In this document: positions 8,445 through 17,834 of the stretch, piece after piece | Layout: each line of letters begins with the position of its first letter | How positions within the stretch are numbered: position 1 is the stretch's first letter | NCBI GenBank assembly: GCA_051877515.1 | Contig: JBJEIY010000010.1 | Span: 27,000 to 90,999 of the forward strand | Source: Lachnospiraceae bacterium | GTDB lineage: Bacteria; Bacillota; Clostridia; Lachnospirales; Lachnospiraceae | DNA: 64,000 nucleotides | Direction: 5' to 3' | The notes under the pieces: generated by a model | Told to the model about the DNA's origin: nothing | What the model saw: the letters and a program-made list of their open reading frames with translations, nothing else | The model's database searches: none | Made by a program: the position numbers and the translations under genes

Positions 8445-10484
8445 ATGGATTATCAGAAATTGTTGAAAGAGGAAAATGAAAGAGTACGGGAGCGCAATGC
8501 TTTGATCGTCGAGCGCATCAAACAAATCGTTGATGAGAATACGGTTGAGGAGCAATACCGGGAGTATTTCCGGCAAGGGGCAGAGAAGTTGCTGCTGATG
8601 GAAGAGGTTTATGAGAGGAATTCTTCCGGTGAGTACAGGATGCTGTCGCTGGAAAGATTGCAGGATTATAACCGCAGGATCTATGAAGAGTTTTATGAGG
8701 AAAACTACGGTCATAGTTACGGAAATCCGGAATATGCGGTAAAGAAGCTGGGGGATATGGGCTGTATTCTGAGCCATCTGTATTATAAGATTGCTTCACT
8801 GCATGAAGCTGCCTTGACCGGAAAGAAACAGATCCTTACCATCTATGAAGAGCTGTTCGTGCAGATCTATAACCGGTTTGAGGAGAAAGATGTGGAGCCG
8901 GCGGAAATAAAGCAGATTGTCTCCGATTTTTATCATGATTATGTAGAGATATTCAGTGAAGTGGTAATGCGGGATTTGCTGGATCCGGAGTGGGATTATT
9001 ATACCGATCTTGTGAAAAACATAGATCTGAGTGATGTGCGCTATCTGTATTATATGGGACATCATGTGACAGAGAACGAGATCCGGACGGCGCAGTTTAT
9101 CAATGAGATGCCGGAAAAAGAGGTGCGTGCCATGGCACATACCTTTGTACAGGGCTTTCTCATTGGTTACTCCAAACTGGAAAAAGATATCCGTGAGAAG
9201 AAAAGTGTGCGCCTTCTTTATACCCTGGGATTTGAGCGCATGATGCGTTATGCCATGGAAGAGTTTGCAAAAGAGGCGGGCATTGTGTGTCTGATAGATG
9301 GTTGTTCTTTGGAAACTACCGAAGCAAACAGACAGTTTGGCTACGATCACAAAGAAGATGCAGCCTTATATTTGGATAAGGCTTATGTGGAACGTTTTAT
9401 CGAGACCAGAAGGGCAGCTTTGGAACAGGAAAAAGAAAATGCCAATGGTTATGCAGGACCGGCAGTCTTGGAAAGCTTCGGGGAGAAGGAATTCCATCCT
9501 GTCCAGAAGAAAGAAGCGGCATCTTATGATGAAAAACAGCAGAAGCTGAGTGTTCAGATGGATGCCATGCAGCAGGAACTTATCAGTGAGTATATTTTTC
9601 CGGAGGAACGAAGTTTCACTATTATTTCCTACCCAATCCCACAGATTGGACCGAAATTTAAAGAAATCTTTGCCCGGACCGTTAAGGTCAATACCCTGGA
9701 TTATCATAAGTATGAGACCATGCAGCAGAAGATCATTGATGTTCTGGATCAGGCAGATGTGGTACGGGTGACCGGCCGGGGAAAAAACAGGACAGATCTT
9801 ACCATTAAGATCTATGATCTTCAAGACCCGGAGCACGAAAGTGCATTTGAAAACTGCGTGGCAGATGTGAACATTCCTGTAGGAGAGGTGTTTACCTCAC
9901 CTGTCTTAAAGGGAACCAATGGACTGTTGCATGTGACACAGGTGTATTTAAACGGATTGCAGTTTAAGGACCTGGAAGTGGAACTTAAGGATGGAATGAT
10001 TGTCCGTTATGACTGCAGGAACTTTGAAACAGAGGAAGAGAATAAGAAATATATGCTGGATCATGTGCTTTTCCGGCATGAAAGTGTGCCGATAGGAGAG
10101 TTTGCCATCGGAACCAATACGGAAGCTTATAAGATGGGCGTGGAGTATGGCATTCAGGCCCAGTTGCCGATCCTGATCGCGGAGAAGACCGGACCGCATT
10201 TTGCCATGGGGGATACCTGTTATGCAAGATGTGAGGATATCAAGGTCTATAATCCGGATGGAAAAGAGATCGTTGCCAGGGATAATGAGGTTTCCTTATT
10301 ACGTAAGACAGACCGTTCTAAGGCATATTATAACTGCCATACCGATATTACCATTCCCTATAACGAACTGGATGGCATTACGGTAGTGAGAAAAGACGGA
10401 TCGACCATAGATATTATCCGCGAGGGAAGATTTGTTGTAGAAGGAACCGAGGAGCTGAATATTCCGTTGGATTCCATGGAATAA
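8445..10484 (+). CDS. M29 (AmpS/PepS-like) aminopeptidase with long N-terminal extension
   Basis: The C-terminal half (VADVNIPVGEVFTSP, EFAIGTN, GPHFAMGDTCY, CHTDITIP) resembles thermophilic metalloprotease M29. The N-terminal ~300 aa are unassigned. Confidence 0.6.
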   Translation: MDYQKLLKEENERVRERNALIVERIKQIVDENTVEEQYREYFRQGAEKLLLMEEVYERNSSGEYRMLSLERLQDYNRRIYEEFYEENYGHSYGNPEYAVKKLGDMGCILSHLYYKIASLHEAALTGKKQILTIYEELFVQIYNRFEEKDVEPAEIKQIVSDFYHDYVEIFSEVVMRDLLDPEWDYYTDLVKNIDLSDVRYLYYMGHHVTENEIRTAQFINEMPEKEVRAMAHTFVQGFLIGYSKLEKDIREKKSVRLLYTLGFERMMRYAMEEFAKEAGIVCLIDGCSLETTEANRQFGYDHKEDAALYLDKAYVERFIETRRAALEQEKENANGYAGPAVLESFGEKEFHPVQKKEAASYDEKQQKLSVQMDAMQQELISEYIFPEERSFTIISYPIPQIGPKFKEIFARTVKVNTLDYHKYETMQQKIIDVLDQADVVRVTGRGKNRTDLTIKIYDLQDPEHESAFENCVADVNIPVGEVFTSPVLKGTNGLLHVTQVYLNGLQFKDLEVELKDGMIVRYDCRNFETEEENKKYMLDHVLFRHESVPIGEFAIGTNTEAYKMGVEYGIQAQLPILIAEKTGPHFAMGDTCYARCEDIKVYNPDGKEIVARDNEVSLLRKTDRSKAYYNCHTDITIPYNELDGITVVRKDGSTIDIIREGRFVVEGTEELNIPLDSME

Positions 10485-10498
10485 AGAAAGGAGCAAGC

Positions 10499-11008
10499 AT
10501 GGCATTAGTTGGTATTGTTATGGGCAGTGATTCAGATCTGCCGGTTATGAGTAAAGCAGCTGATATTCTGGAGGAGTTGGGAGTCTCTTATGAGATGACC
10601 ATCATTTCCGCACACAGGGAACCGGATGTGTTCTTTGAGTATGCAAGGTCAGCAGAGGAAAAAGGGTTTAAGGTTATTATAGCAGGAGCAGGAATGGCAG
10701 CACATCTGCCGGGAATGTGTGCTGCGATTTTCCCGATGCCGGTTATCGGCATTCCCATGCACACCACATCCCTGGGAGGTAGAGATTCTCTTTACTCTAT
10801 CGTTCAGATGCCTTCCGGTATACCGGTTGCTACGGTGGCGATTAACGGAGGAGCCAATGCAGGACTTCTGGCTGCCAAGATACTGGCCACATCCGATCCG
10901 GAGCTTCTTGCCAGATTGAAAGCCTATTCCGCAAAGCTGAAGGAACAGGTGGAAGCAAAAGATGCAAAACTGAAAGAAATCGGATATAAGGCATATTTGG
11001 AAAAATAG
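10499..11008 (+). CDS. purE: 5-(carboxyamino)imidazole ribonucleotide mutase
   Basis: VGIVMGSDSD, ISAHR and GAGMAAHLPG motifs. Confidence 0.95.
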   Translation: MALVGIVMGSDSDLPVMSKAADILEELGVSYEMTIISAHREPDVFFEYARSAEEKGFKVIIAGAGMAAHLPGMCAAIFPMPVIGIPMHTTSLGGRDSLYSIVQMPSGIPVATVAINGGANAGLLAAKILATSDPELLARLKAYSAKLKEQVEAKDAKLKEIGYKAYLEK

Positions 11009-11057
11009 CTTAAATCCACAGAGTATATGGTTAGAAAAAACGGAGGAAGATAAATAA

Positions 11058-12083
11058 ATGGATTACAAGAAGGCAGGCGTCGATATCGAGGCAGGATACA
11101 AATCGGTGGAATTGATGAAAAAGTACGTAAAGGAAACCATGAGACCGGAGGTTCTGGGAGGATTGGGTGGTTTTTCCGGTGCTTTTTCCATGAAAGCTAT
11201 GAAGGATATGGAGAATCCCATTCTCTTATCCGGTACGGATGGAGTAGGAACAAAGATCAAACTGGCCTTTTTACTGGACAAACATGACACCATCGGTATC
11301 GATTGTGTGGCAATGTGTGTAAATGACGTGGCCTGTGCAGGAGGAGAGTCCTTATTCTTCTTAGATTATATTGCATGCGGAAAGAATTACCCGGAAAAGA
11401 TTGCAACCATCGTAAGCGGTGTGGCAGAGGGCTGCAAAATGGCAGGTGCTGCTTTGATCGGTGGTGAGACTGCAGAGCATCCGGGCCTGATGCCGGAAGA
11501 CGAGTACGATATTGCCGGATTTGCAGTAGGCGTAGTGGATGAAAAAGACCTGATCACCGGAGCACAGATCCGGCCGGGAGATACTCTCATCGGAATCGCT
11601 TCCTCAGGAGTCCATTCCAATGGCTTTTCTCTGGTACGCAGTGTGTTTGAAATGACGAAGGAAAGTCTTGAAACCTATTATGAAGAGTTAGGAACTACCC
11701 TTGGGGAAGCACTTTTGGTTCCCACAAGGATCTATGTGAAAGCCTTAAAAGAGATTCGGGATGCAGGTGTGAAAGTCAGAGGTTGCAGCCACATTACCGG
11801 AGGAGGGTTCTACGAGAATATTCCCCGTATGCTTCCGGATGATGTGAAGGCTGTTATAGAGAAAGACAGCTATCCGATGCCGCCTATCTTTGACCTGCTG
11901 AAAAAGACCGGAAATATTGAAGAACACATGATGTATAACACCTTCAATATGGGACTGGGCATGGTTCTGGCTGTGGATAAAAATGATGTGGACAAAGTGT
12001 TACAGGCTGTAGAGCGTGCAGGCGAAAAAGCTTATGTGGTAGGTCATGTTGAACAAGGTGAAAAGGGCGTGGAGTTATGCTAA
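11058..12083 (+). CDS. purM: phosphoribosylformylglycinamidine cyclo-ligase (AIR synthetase)
   Basis: [14 protein letters not shown] and GGETAE motifs. Confidence 0.95.
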   Translation: MDYKKAGVDIEAGYKSVELMKKYVKETMRPEVLGGLGGFSGAFSMKAMKDMENPILLSGTDGVGTKIKLAFLLDKHDTIGIDCVAMCVNDVACAGGESLFFLDYIACGKNYPEKIATIVSGVAEGCKMAGAALIGGETAEHPGLMPEDEYDIAGFAVGVVDEKDLITGAQIRPGDTLIGIASSGVHSNGFSLVRSVFEMTKESLETYYEELGTTLGEALLVPTRIYVKALKEIRDAGVKVRGCSHITGGGFYENIPRMLPDDVKAVIEKDSYPMPPIFDLLKKTGNIEEHMMYNTFNMGLGMVLAVDKNDVDKVLQAVERAGEKAYVVGHVEQGEKGVELC

Positions 12084-12661
12084 AAACAGCTGTTTTGGTC
12101 TCCGGAGGCGGAACCAATCTGCAGGCTATCATAGATGCGAAAATCCCAAACGTGTCGCTGGAGCTGGTGATCAGTAACAATGCGGGGGCTTATGCACTGA
12201 CCCGGGCCAAAAAGGCAGGAATTACCGCCTGCTGTATCAGCCCGAAACAGTTTGTGGACAGGGAGCAGTTTCATGAGGAACTGATCCGCACTCTGAAAGA
12301 ATACGAAATTGAACTGGTAGTTCTGGCGGGGTATCTGGTGAATATCTCTCCGAAGATGGTGCAGGCTTTTCCCGGACGGATCATCAACATCCATCCTTCC
12401 CTGATCCCCTCTTTCTGCGGAAAAGGATATTACGGACTGCATGTACATGAGGCAGCCCTTGAGCGAGGAGTAAAAGTAACCGGCGCTACGGTGCATTTTG
12501 TGGATGAGGGAACGGATACAGGTCCCATCATCCTTCAAAAAGCGGTGGAAGTGCAGCCGACAGATACGCCGGAAACATTACAGCGCAGGGTAATGGAACA
12601 GGCGGAATGGGTGATTCTGCCTAAGGCCATTGAACTGATCGCAAACGGAGGAATAGAATGA
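12077..12661 (+). CDS. purN: phosphoribosylglycinamide formyltransferase
   Basis: [21 protein letters not shown] and [13 protein letters not shown] motifs; overlaps the purM stop. Confidence 0.93.
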   Translation: MLKTAVLVSGGGTNLQAIIDAKIPNVSLELVISNNAGAYALTRAKKAGITACCISPKQFVDREQFHEELIRTLKEYEIELVVLAGYLVNISPKMVQAFPGRIINIHPSLIPSFCGKGYYGLHVHEAALERGVKVTGATVHFVDEGTDTGPIILQKAVEVQPTDTPETLQRRVMEQAEWVILPKAIELIANGGIE

Positions 12662-13932
12662 GAGTATTGATCGTAGGCAGCGGTGGACGGGAACATGCCA
12701 TTGCTGCAAGCGTAAAAAAATCACCCAGGGTGTCGGAAATCTTCTGCGCTCCGGGCAATGCAGGAATTGGACAGATCGCCACACTGGTTCCCATTGGGGC
12801 GATGGAATTTGAGAAACTGGCGGATTTTGCAGAAAAAGAGCAGATCGATCTGACCATTATCGGAATGGATGATCCGTTGGTGGGAGGTATTGTAGATGTA
12901 TTTGAGGAGAGGGGACTCAAGGTATTCGGCCCCAGAAAGAATGCTGCGATCCTGGAAGGAAGCAAGGCATTTTCCAAGGATCTGATGAAGAAATATCATA
13001 TCCCCACGGCGGCTTATGAAACCTTTGAGGATTCTCAGAAGGCAGAGGAGTACTTAAAGACCTGTTCTTATCCTATTGTGTTAAAAGCGGATGGACTGGC
13101 ACTTGGCAAGGGTGTTTTGATCTGTGAGAATAAAGAAGAAGCTCTGGCTGGTGTGCAGGAGATCATGCTGGACAAAAAGTTTGGTACAGCGGGAAATGTC
13201 CTGGTGGTAGAGGAGTTTATGACAGGCCGGGAAGTTTCCGTGTTATCTTTCTGCGACGGAAAAACCATCCGGATCATGACCTCCGCACAGGATCATAAGC
13301 GGGCGAAAGATCATGACGAGGGATTAAATACCGGAGGAATGGGAACTTTTTCCCCAAGCCCTTTCTATACCTCTGAGGTAGATGCTATTTGCAGGGAGAG
13401 GATTTATCAGCCTACGGTGGATGCTATGGCCAGTGAGGGACGACCTTTTACCGGTATTATTTTCTTCGGATTGATGCTGACGGCGGAAGGACCGAAAGTG
13501 TTGGAGTACAACGCCCGTTTTGGGGATCCGGAGGCGCAGGTTGTACTGCCCCGTATGAAAAATGATATCATGGATGTCATGGAAGCATGTATCGAAGGAC
13601 GTCTTAGTCAGGTAGAGCTGGAGTTTGAAGACAATGCAGCCGTATGCGTGATCCTGGCTTCGGAAGGATATCCGGTTTCTTATGAAAAAGGATATGAGAT
13701 CACCGGGCTTGAGCAGTTTGAAGGAAAAGAGGACTATTACTGTTTCCATGCAGGAACGGCTTTAAAGGATGGTAAGTTTGTGACCAACGGCGGTCGTGTT
13801 TTAGGTATCACCGCGAAAGGGAAAGACCTGAAGGAAGCACGGGAAAAAGCCTATGAAGCCACTGACTGGGTTGGCTTTGAGAATAAATATAAGCGCAATG
13901 ATATCGGACAGGCTATTTTCGAGGCTGAGTAA
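12658..13932 (+). CDS. purD: phosphoribosylamine-glycine ligase
   Basis: [14 protein letters not shown]; ATP-grasp; ATGA overlap with purN. Confidence 0.95.
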   Translation: MRVLIVGSGGREHAIAASVKKSPRVSEIFCAPGNAGIGQIATLVPIGAMEFEKLADFAEKEQIDLTIIGMDDPLVGGIVDVFEERGLKVFGPRKNAAILEGSKAFSKDLMKKYHIPTAAYETFEDSQKAEEYLKTCSYPIVLKADGLALGKGVLICENKEEALAGVQEIMLDKKFGTAGNVLVVEEFMTGREVSVLSFCDGKTIRIMTSAQDHKRAKDHDEGLNTGGMGTFSPSPFYTSEVDAICRERIYQPTVDAMASEGRPFTGIIFFGLMLTAEGPKVLEYNARFGDPEAQVVLPRMKNDIMDVMEACIEGRLSQVELEFEDNAAVCVILASEGYPVSYEKGYEITGLEQFEGKEDYYCFHAGTALKDGKFVTNGGRVLGITAKGKDLKEAREKAYEATDWVGFENKYKRNDIGQAIFEAE

Positions 13933-13946
13933 AAAACGGATCGTGT

Positions 13947-13975
13947 CACCGGGAATTTTCCCGGTGGCTTTTTTT
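13947..13975 (+). terminator. rho-independent terminator after purD
   Basis: CACCGGGAA / TTCCCGGTG stem followed by GCTTTTTTT. Confidence 0.8.
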
Positions 13976-14001
13976 ATTCATGAAAAGAAAGTATAATACT
14001 A

Positions 14002-14030
14002 TTGTAAGAATTGTAATTATTTAGTAAAAT
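14002..14030 (+). promoter_or_regulatory. candidate sigma-A promoter upstream of comEA
   Basis: TTGTAA, 17 nt, TAAAAT. Confidence 0.3.
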
Positions 14031-14112
14031 ATAGGTAGCGTTTAAATGAAAAGTTGTAACATTTCTCCGGATGGGCAAAATCCTGCAAGGATCTGTCAGG
14101 AAAGGAGAAATT

Positions 14113-14718
14113 ATGCAAAAAGGCAGAGGAAAACTGTTGATGCTGCTGCTGGTGTGCAGTCTGGTGGCGGGGTGTGGGAAGGAAGCATCCCTTAGCGCAT
14201 CCTGGGAGGAAGAATCAACGGAGGAGAATACAGCGGATCCGGAAGCAGATGCCGAAACCGAAGAAGAACCGGATGAGGAATCTGACAGGATCTATGTACA
14301 GATCCTGGGGGCTGTGAAGAAACCCGGGGTATATGAAGTGCCGGAGAACAGCCGACTGTTTCAGGTGCTGGAACTGGCGGGTGGCTTTACGGATGAGGCT
14401 TGCACAGAAAGCGTGAACCAGGCAGGGATCGTGACGGACGAGCAGCAGATTTATGTGTATTCCAGGGAGGAAGCAGAGAAAATGCAGATGGAAACTTCCA
14501 CCGGGCAGAAGATGGATGCAGACGAGGGGAAAGTAAATCTGAACTCTGCAGACAGACAGCAACTGATGACCTTACCAGGTATTGGAGAATCAAAAGCAGA
14601 GAGCATTTTGAAATATCGGGAAGATATGGGAAAATTTTCCTCGATTGAAGAAATTATGAAGGTTGATGGAATTAAAGAGGGCGTATATAATAAAATAAAG
14701 GAACAGATTACGATTTAA
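14113..14718 (+). CDS. comEA: ComEA DNA receptor (lipoprotein signal, SLBB and helix-hairpin-helix domains)
   Basis: MQKGRGKLLMLLLVCSLVAGCG lipobox; IYVQILGAVKKPGVY (SLBB); VNLNSADRQQLMTLPGIGESKAESI (HhH). ATG at 14113 follows AGGAAAGGAG. Confidence 0.88.
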   Translation: MQKGRGKLLMLLLVCSLVAGCGKEASLSASWEEESTEENTADPEADAETEEEPDEESDRIYVQILGAVKKPGVYEVPENSRLFQVLELAGGFTDEACTESVNQAGIVTDEQQIYVYSREEAEKMQMETSTGQKMDADEGKVNLNSADRQQLMTLPGIGESKAESILKYREDMGKFSSIEEIMKVDGIKEGVYNKIKEQITI

Positions 14719-14745
14719 GTATCCTAAAAAAGAAAAGGTGGTAAC

Positions 14746-15435
14746 ATGGCAAAAAAAGTTCTTGTGGTAGACGACGAAAAGCTAATCGTGAAAGGAATCC
14801 GTTTCAGCCTGGAACAGGATGGAATGGAAGTGGATTGTGCCTATGACGGAGAAGAAGCATTGAACAAGGCAAAAGAGAATACCTATGACATGATGCTGTT
14901 AGATATCATGCTTCCAAAGATGAACGGATTTGAGGTCTGTCAGGCGGTCCGGGAATTTTCGGACGTACCCATTATCATGCTCACGGCCAAGGGAGATGAT
15001 ATGGATAAGATCCTGGGCCTGGAGTACGGGGCAGATGATTATATTACAAAACCTTTCAATATATTGGAAGTGAAGGCAAGGATTAAAGCGATCATGCGCC
15101 GCACTGTGCGAAAAGAGTCTTCCGGGGAGGAAAGGACGGTCATTGAAGCCGGTGACCTGAAACTGGATTGTGACAGCAGGCAGCTGTATGTACTGGAAAA
15201 AGCGGTGAATGTTACGGCCAAGGAGTTTGACCTGCTGGAGATTCTGGTGAAGAATCCGGGGAAGGTCTACAGCAGGGAAAAACTGTTGAATCTGGTGTGG
15301 GGACAGGATTATCCCGGAGATGAGCGTACGGTGGATGTGCATGTCCGTCGTCTGAGAGAAAAGATTGAGCCCAATGCCAGTGAACCGAAATATGTTCAGA
15401 CAAAATGGGGCGTAGGATATTACTATCAGGGTTAA
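14746..15435 (+). CDS. OmpR/PhoB-family response regulator
   Basis: Receiver VLVVDDE...LLDIMLPKMNG plus a winged-helix C-terminus (VDVHVRRLREKIE, TKWGVGY). Confidence 0.92.
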   Translation: MAKKVLVVDDEKLIVKGIRFSLEQDGMEVDCAYDGEEALNKAKENTYDMMLLDIMLPKMNGFEVCQAVREFSDVPIIMLTAKGDDMDKILGLEYGADDYITKPFNILEVKARIKAIMRRTVRKESSGEERTVIEAGDLKLDCDSRQLYVLEKAVNVTAKEFDLLEILVKNPGKVYSREKLLNLVWGQDYPGDERTVDVHVRRLREKIEPNASEPKYVQTKWGVGYYYQG

Positions 15436-15448
15436 TAAAGGAAATACC

Positions 15449-16879
15449 ATGTCGAAAGCAAGTAGAAAGAAATTTAGATTTAACAGCATACAGTTCAGGA
15501 TTTTTCTGATCATTCTGCTTTTAGGAACGCTGCCCATGCTGGTTATGCGTTATGGTGTTCTGCGGAATTTTGAGAGAAAAGCAGTTGCCTCCAAAACCAT
15601 AGAGATTACCAACCAGTCCAAGCTTTTGGCGACCCAGATCGCATCGGCACAGTATCTGGACGGAAAAGAGTCTGATGTCATTGATGCCCAGTTGATACAG
15701 CTTTCCGGTATTTATGATGGACGTATCATGCTGGTAGACCAAACTTTTACCATCGTAAAAGATACCTATGATATGGACGAGGGAAAGATCATAACTTCCC
15801 AGGAAGTCGTTACTTCTTTTCAGGGGGATACCAACAGTCAATACGATAAAGAATATGGATATCTGGAAATGACCCTTCCCATTACCAATCCTACCAATCA
15901 GGAGATCATTGGAGTCTTCGTGGTAAGTATGTCATCGGATGCCATTATGACCAATAAAGAAAGTTATAAGATCCAGGCGGATATTTTAGCCCTGATCATG
16001 ACGATCCTGATCTGTTTTGCAGCTGTGTTTTTTTCGGAAACACTGGTGGTTCCGCTGAAAAAACTTCAAACGGCATTGGAACAGCGAAAAAATGGGTTGG
16101 TGGATGAAGAAATCCATATCAGGGGATGCCGTGAGACGGAGGATATTTCCAATGAGATCAACGGCGTGATCAACAGCATGAAAGTACTGGATGAATCCCG
16201 TCAGGAGTTTGTATCCAATGTGTCCCATGAATTAAAGACGCCCATTACATCCATGAAGGTGCTGGCAGATTCCCTGCTTGCCCAGGAGGATGCACCGGCG
16301 GAGCTGTATCGGGAGTTCATGGAAGATATTGCAGCAGAAATCGAGAGGGAGAGCAAGATCATCAGTGATCTGCTTTCTCTTGTGAAGATGGATAAGTCGG
16401 CCAATAAGCCGGATATTTCTCTGGTCAATATGAATGAATTTCTGGAAGTGATCTTAAAGAGGATCGAACCCATTGCCCAGAAAGCGGGTGTGGAACTGAT
16501 TCTGGAGAGTTTCCGACCTGTAACTGCAGAAGTTGACGAGGTAAAAATGTCCCTGGCAATTTCTAACCTGGTGGAAAATGCGGTGAAATACAATAAAGAG
16601 GGCGGATGGGTACGGGTCATCCTGAATGCGGATCATCAGTATTTTTATATTACTGTAGAAGATTCCGGTATCGGAATTCCAAAGGAATCTTTAGAGCATG
16701 TGTTTGAGAGATTTTACCGTGTGGACAAATCCCACTCCAGAGAGATTGGAGGAACGGGACTCGGCCTGGCGATTGCGCGGAATGCCGTTTTATTGCATCG
16801 CGGCGCCATCAAGGTACACAGTGAATTGGGAGTGGGCACCACCTTTAGCGTGAGAGTTCCGCTAAACTATATTGCCTAG
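15449..16879 (+). CDS. membrane sensor histidine kinase
   Basis: Two TM segments, H-box SHELKTPITSM, N/G boxes NAVKYN and DSGIGIP...GGTGLGLAI. Confidence 0.9.
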   Translation: MSKASRKKFRFNSIQFRIFLIILLLGTLPMLVMRYGVLRNFERKAVASKTIEITNQSKLLATQIASAQYLDGKESDVIDAQLIQLSGIYDGRIMLVDQTFTIVKDTYDMDEGKIITSQEVVTSFQGDTNSQYDKEYGYLEMTLPITNPTNQEIIGVFVVSMSSDAIMTNKESYKIQADILALIMTILICFAAVFFSETLVVPLKKLQTALEQRKNGLVDEEIHIRGCRETEDISNEINGVINSMKVLDESRQEFVSNVSHELKTPITSMKVLADSLLAQEDAPAELYREFMEDIAAEIERESKIISDLLSLVKMDKSANKPDISLVNMNEFLEVILKRIEPIAQKAGVELILESFRPVTAEVDEVKMSLAISNLVENAVKYNKEGGWVRVILNADHQYFYITVEDSGIGIPKESLEHVFERFYRVDKSHSREIGGTGLGLAIARNAVLLHRGAIKVHSELGVGTTFSVRVPLNYIA

Positions 16880-16891
16880 GAGTAAACAAAA

Positions 16892-17824
16892 ATGAAAAAA
16901 GTGAGATTGCTCTGCCTGTTGGTACTTTGCTTCTTTCTTGTGGGATGTGGAATTGAAAAGGAGGAAGAGAGTACATCAGGCACCAGGATTTACTATTTGA
17001 ATAGCGACGGAAACCGGATTGAATCCATCACTTACAGGACAAAGGGTGTCACAACACAGGAGATTGTGGAGGAATACCTTGCCTGTTTCTGGACCCTGCC
17101 CAAAGATAGTGACTATCAGTTGGCCATGCCGGATAATGTTAAGCTGGCATCTTACGAGATTCAGGGAAATCAGCTGGCTCTGTACTTTAATGAAAGCTAT
17201 GAAAGTATGGATGTAACCAGAGAAGTTCTGGCCCGGGCAGCCCTTGTGAGGACCATGATCCAGGTAAAAGATATTGACTGTATTTCTTTTTATGTAAACG
17301 ACAAGCCCTTACGGGATGCCAAAGGAGAATATGTAGGACTTATGACAGAGGACTCCTTTGTGGAAAATGTAGGCCAGCAGATCAATGCCATTGTGGAGCA
17401 GCAGTTTACACTGTATTATCCCTCTTTTGATGGAAAAAGTCTTGTACCGATCGAAAAGAAGGTGCATACCAGCAGTAATATTTCCAGTGAAAAGATGGTC
17501 ATAGAGCATCTGTTTGAAGCAGACCCAAAGGGAGCCTACCAGTCACCTATCCCGGAGGGTACAAAACTCATCAGCGTATCTACTGTGGATGGCGTATGTT
17601 TCGTGAACTTTGATGATGGATTCCTGATGCAGAATTATGCCATCGAGGAGCCCATTGTCATCTATTCCATTGTGGATTCCTTATGCGAGCTTTCCAGTGT
17701 CAACAGGGTGCAGATCTCTGTGAACGGAAAGACGGATGTGGTGTACAGAGAGACATACTCTCTGGATGAATTGTATGAACGTAATCTGGATTTTCTCCAG
17801 AAAAAAAAGACGGAAGAACCGTAG
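16892..17824 (+). CDS. GerMN-domain lipoprotein
   Basis: Lipobox LVGCG. Two GerMN-like repeats by sequence character. Position after the two-component pair. Confidence 0.6.
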   Translation: MKKVRLLCLLVLCFFLVGCGIEKEEESTSGTRIYYLNSDGNRIESITYRTKGVTTQEIVEEYLACFWTLPKDSDYQLAMPDNVKLASYEIQGNQLALYFNESYESMDVTREVLARAALVRTMIQVKDIDCISFYVNDKPLRDAKGEYVGLMTEDSFVENVGQQINAIVEQQFTLYYPSFDGKSLVPIEKKVHTSSNISSEKMVIEHLFEADPKGAYQSPIPEGTKLISVSTVDGVCFVNFDDGFLMQNYAIEEPIVIYSIVDSLCELSSVNRVQISVNGKTDVVYRETYSLDELYERNLDFLQKKKTEEP

Positions 17825-17834
17825 AGGAACATAT

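Noticed and set aside
14899-15537. Long antisense ORFs inside well-supported genes (for example 14899..15537 -, 20904..21629 -, 49111..49875 -, 58556..59173 -, 62645..63400 -, 7862..8395 -).
   Set aside because: These are shadow ORFs opposite strongly supported coding frames, with no RBS and no recognisable domains.
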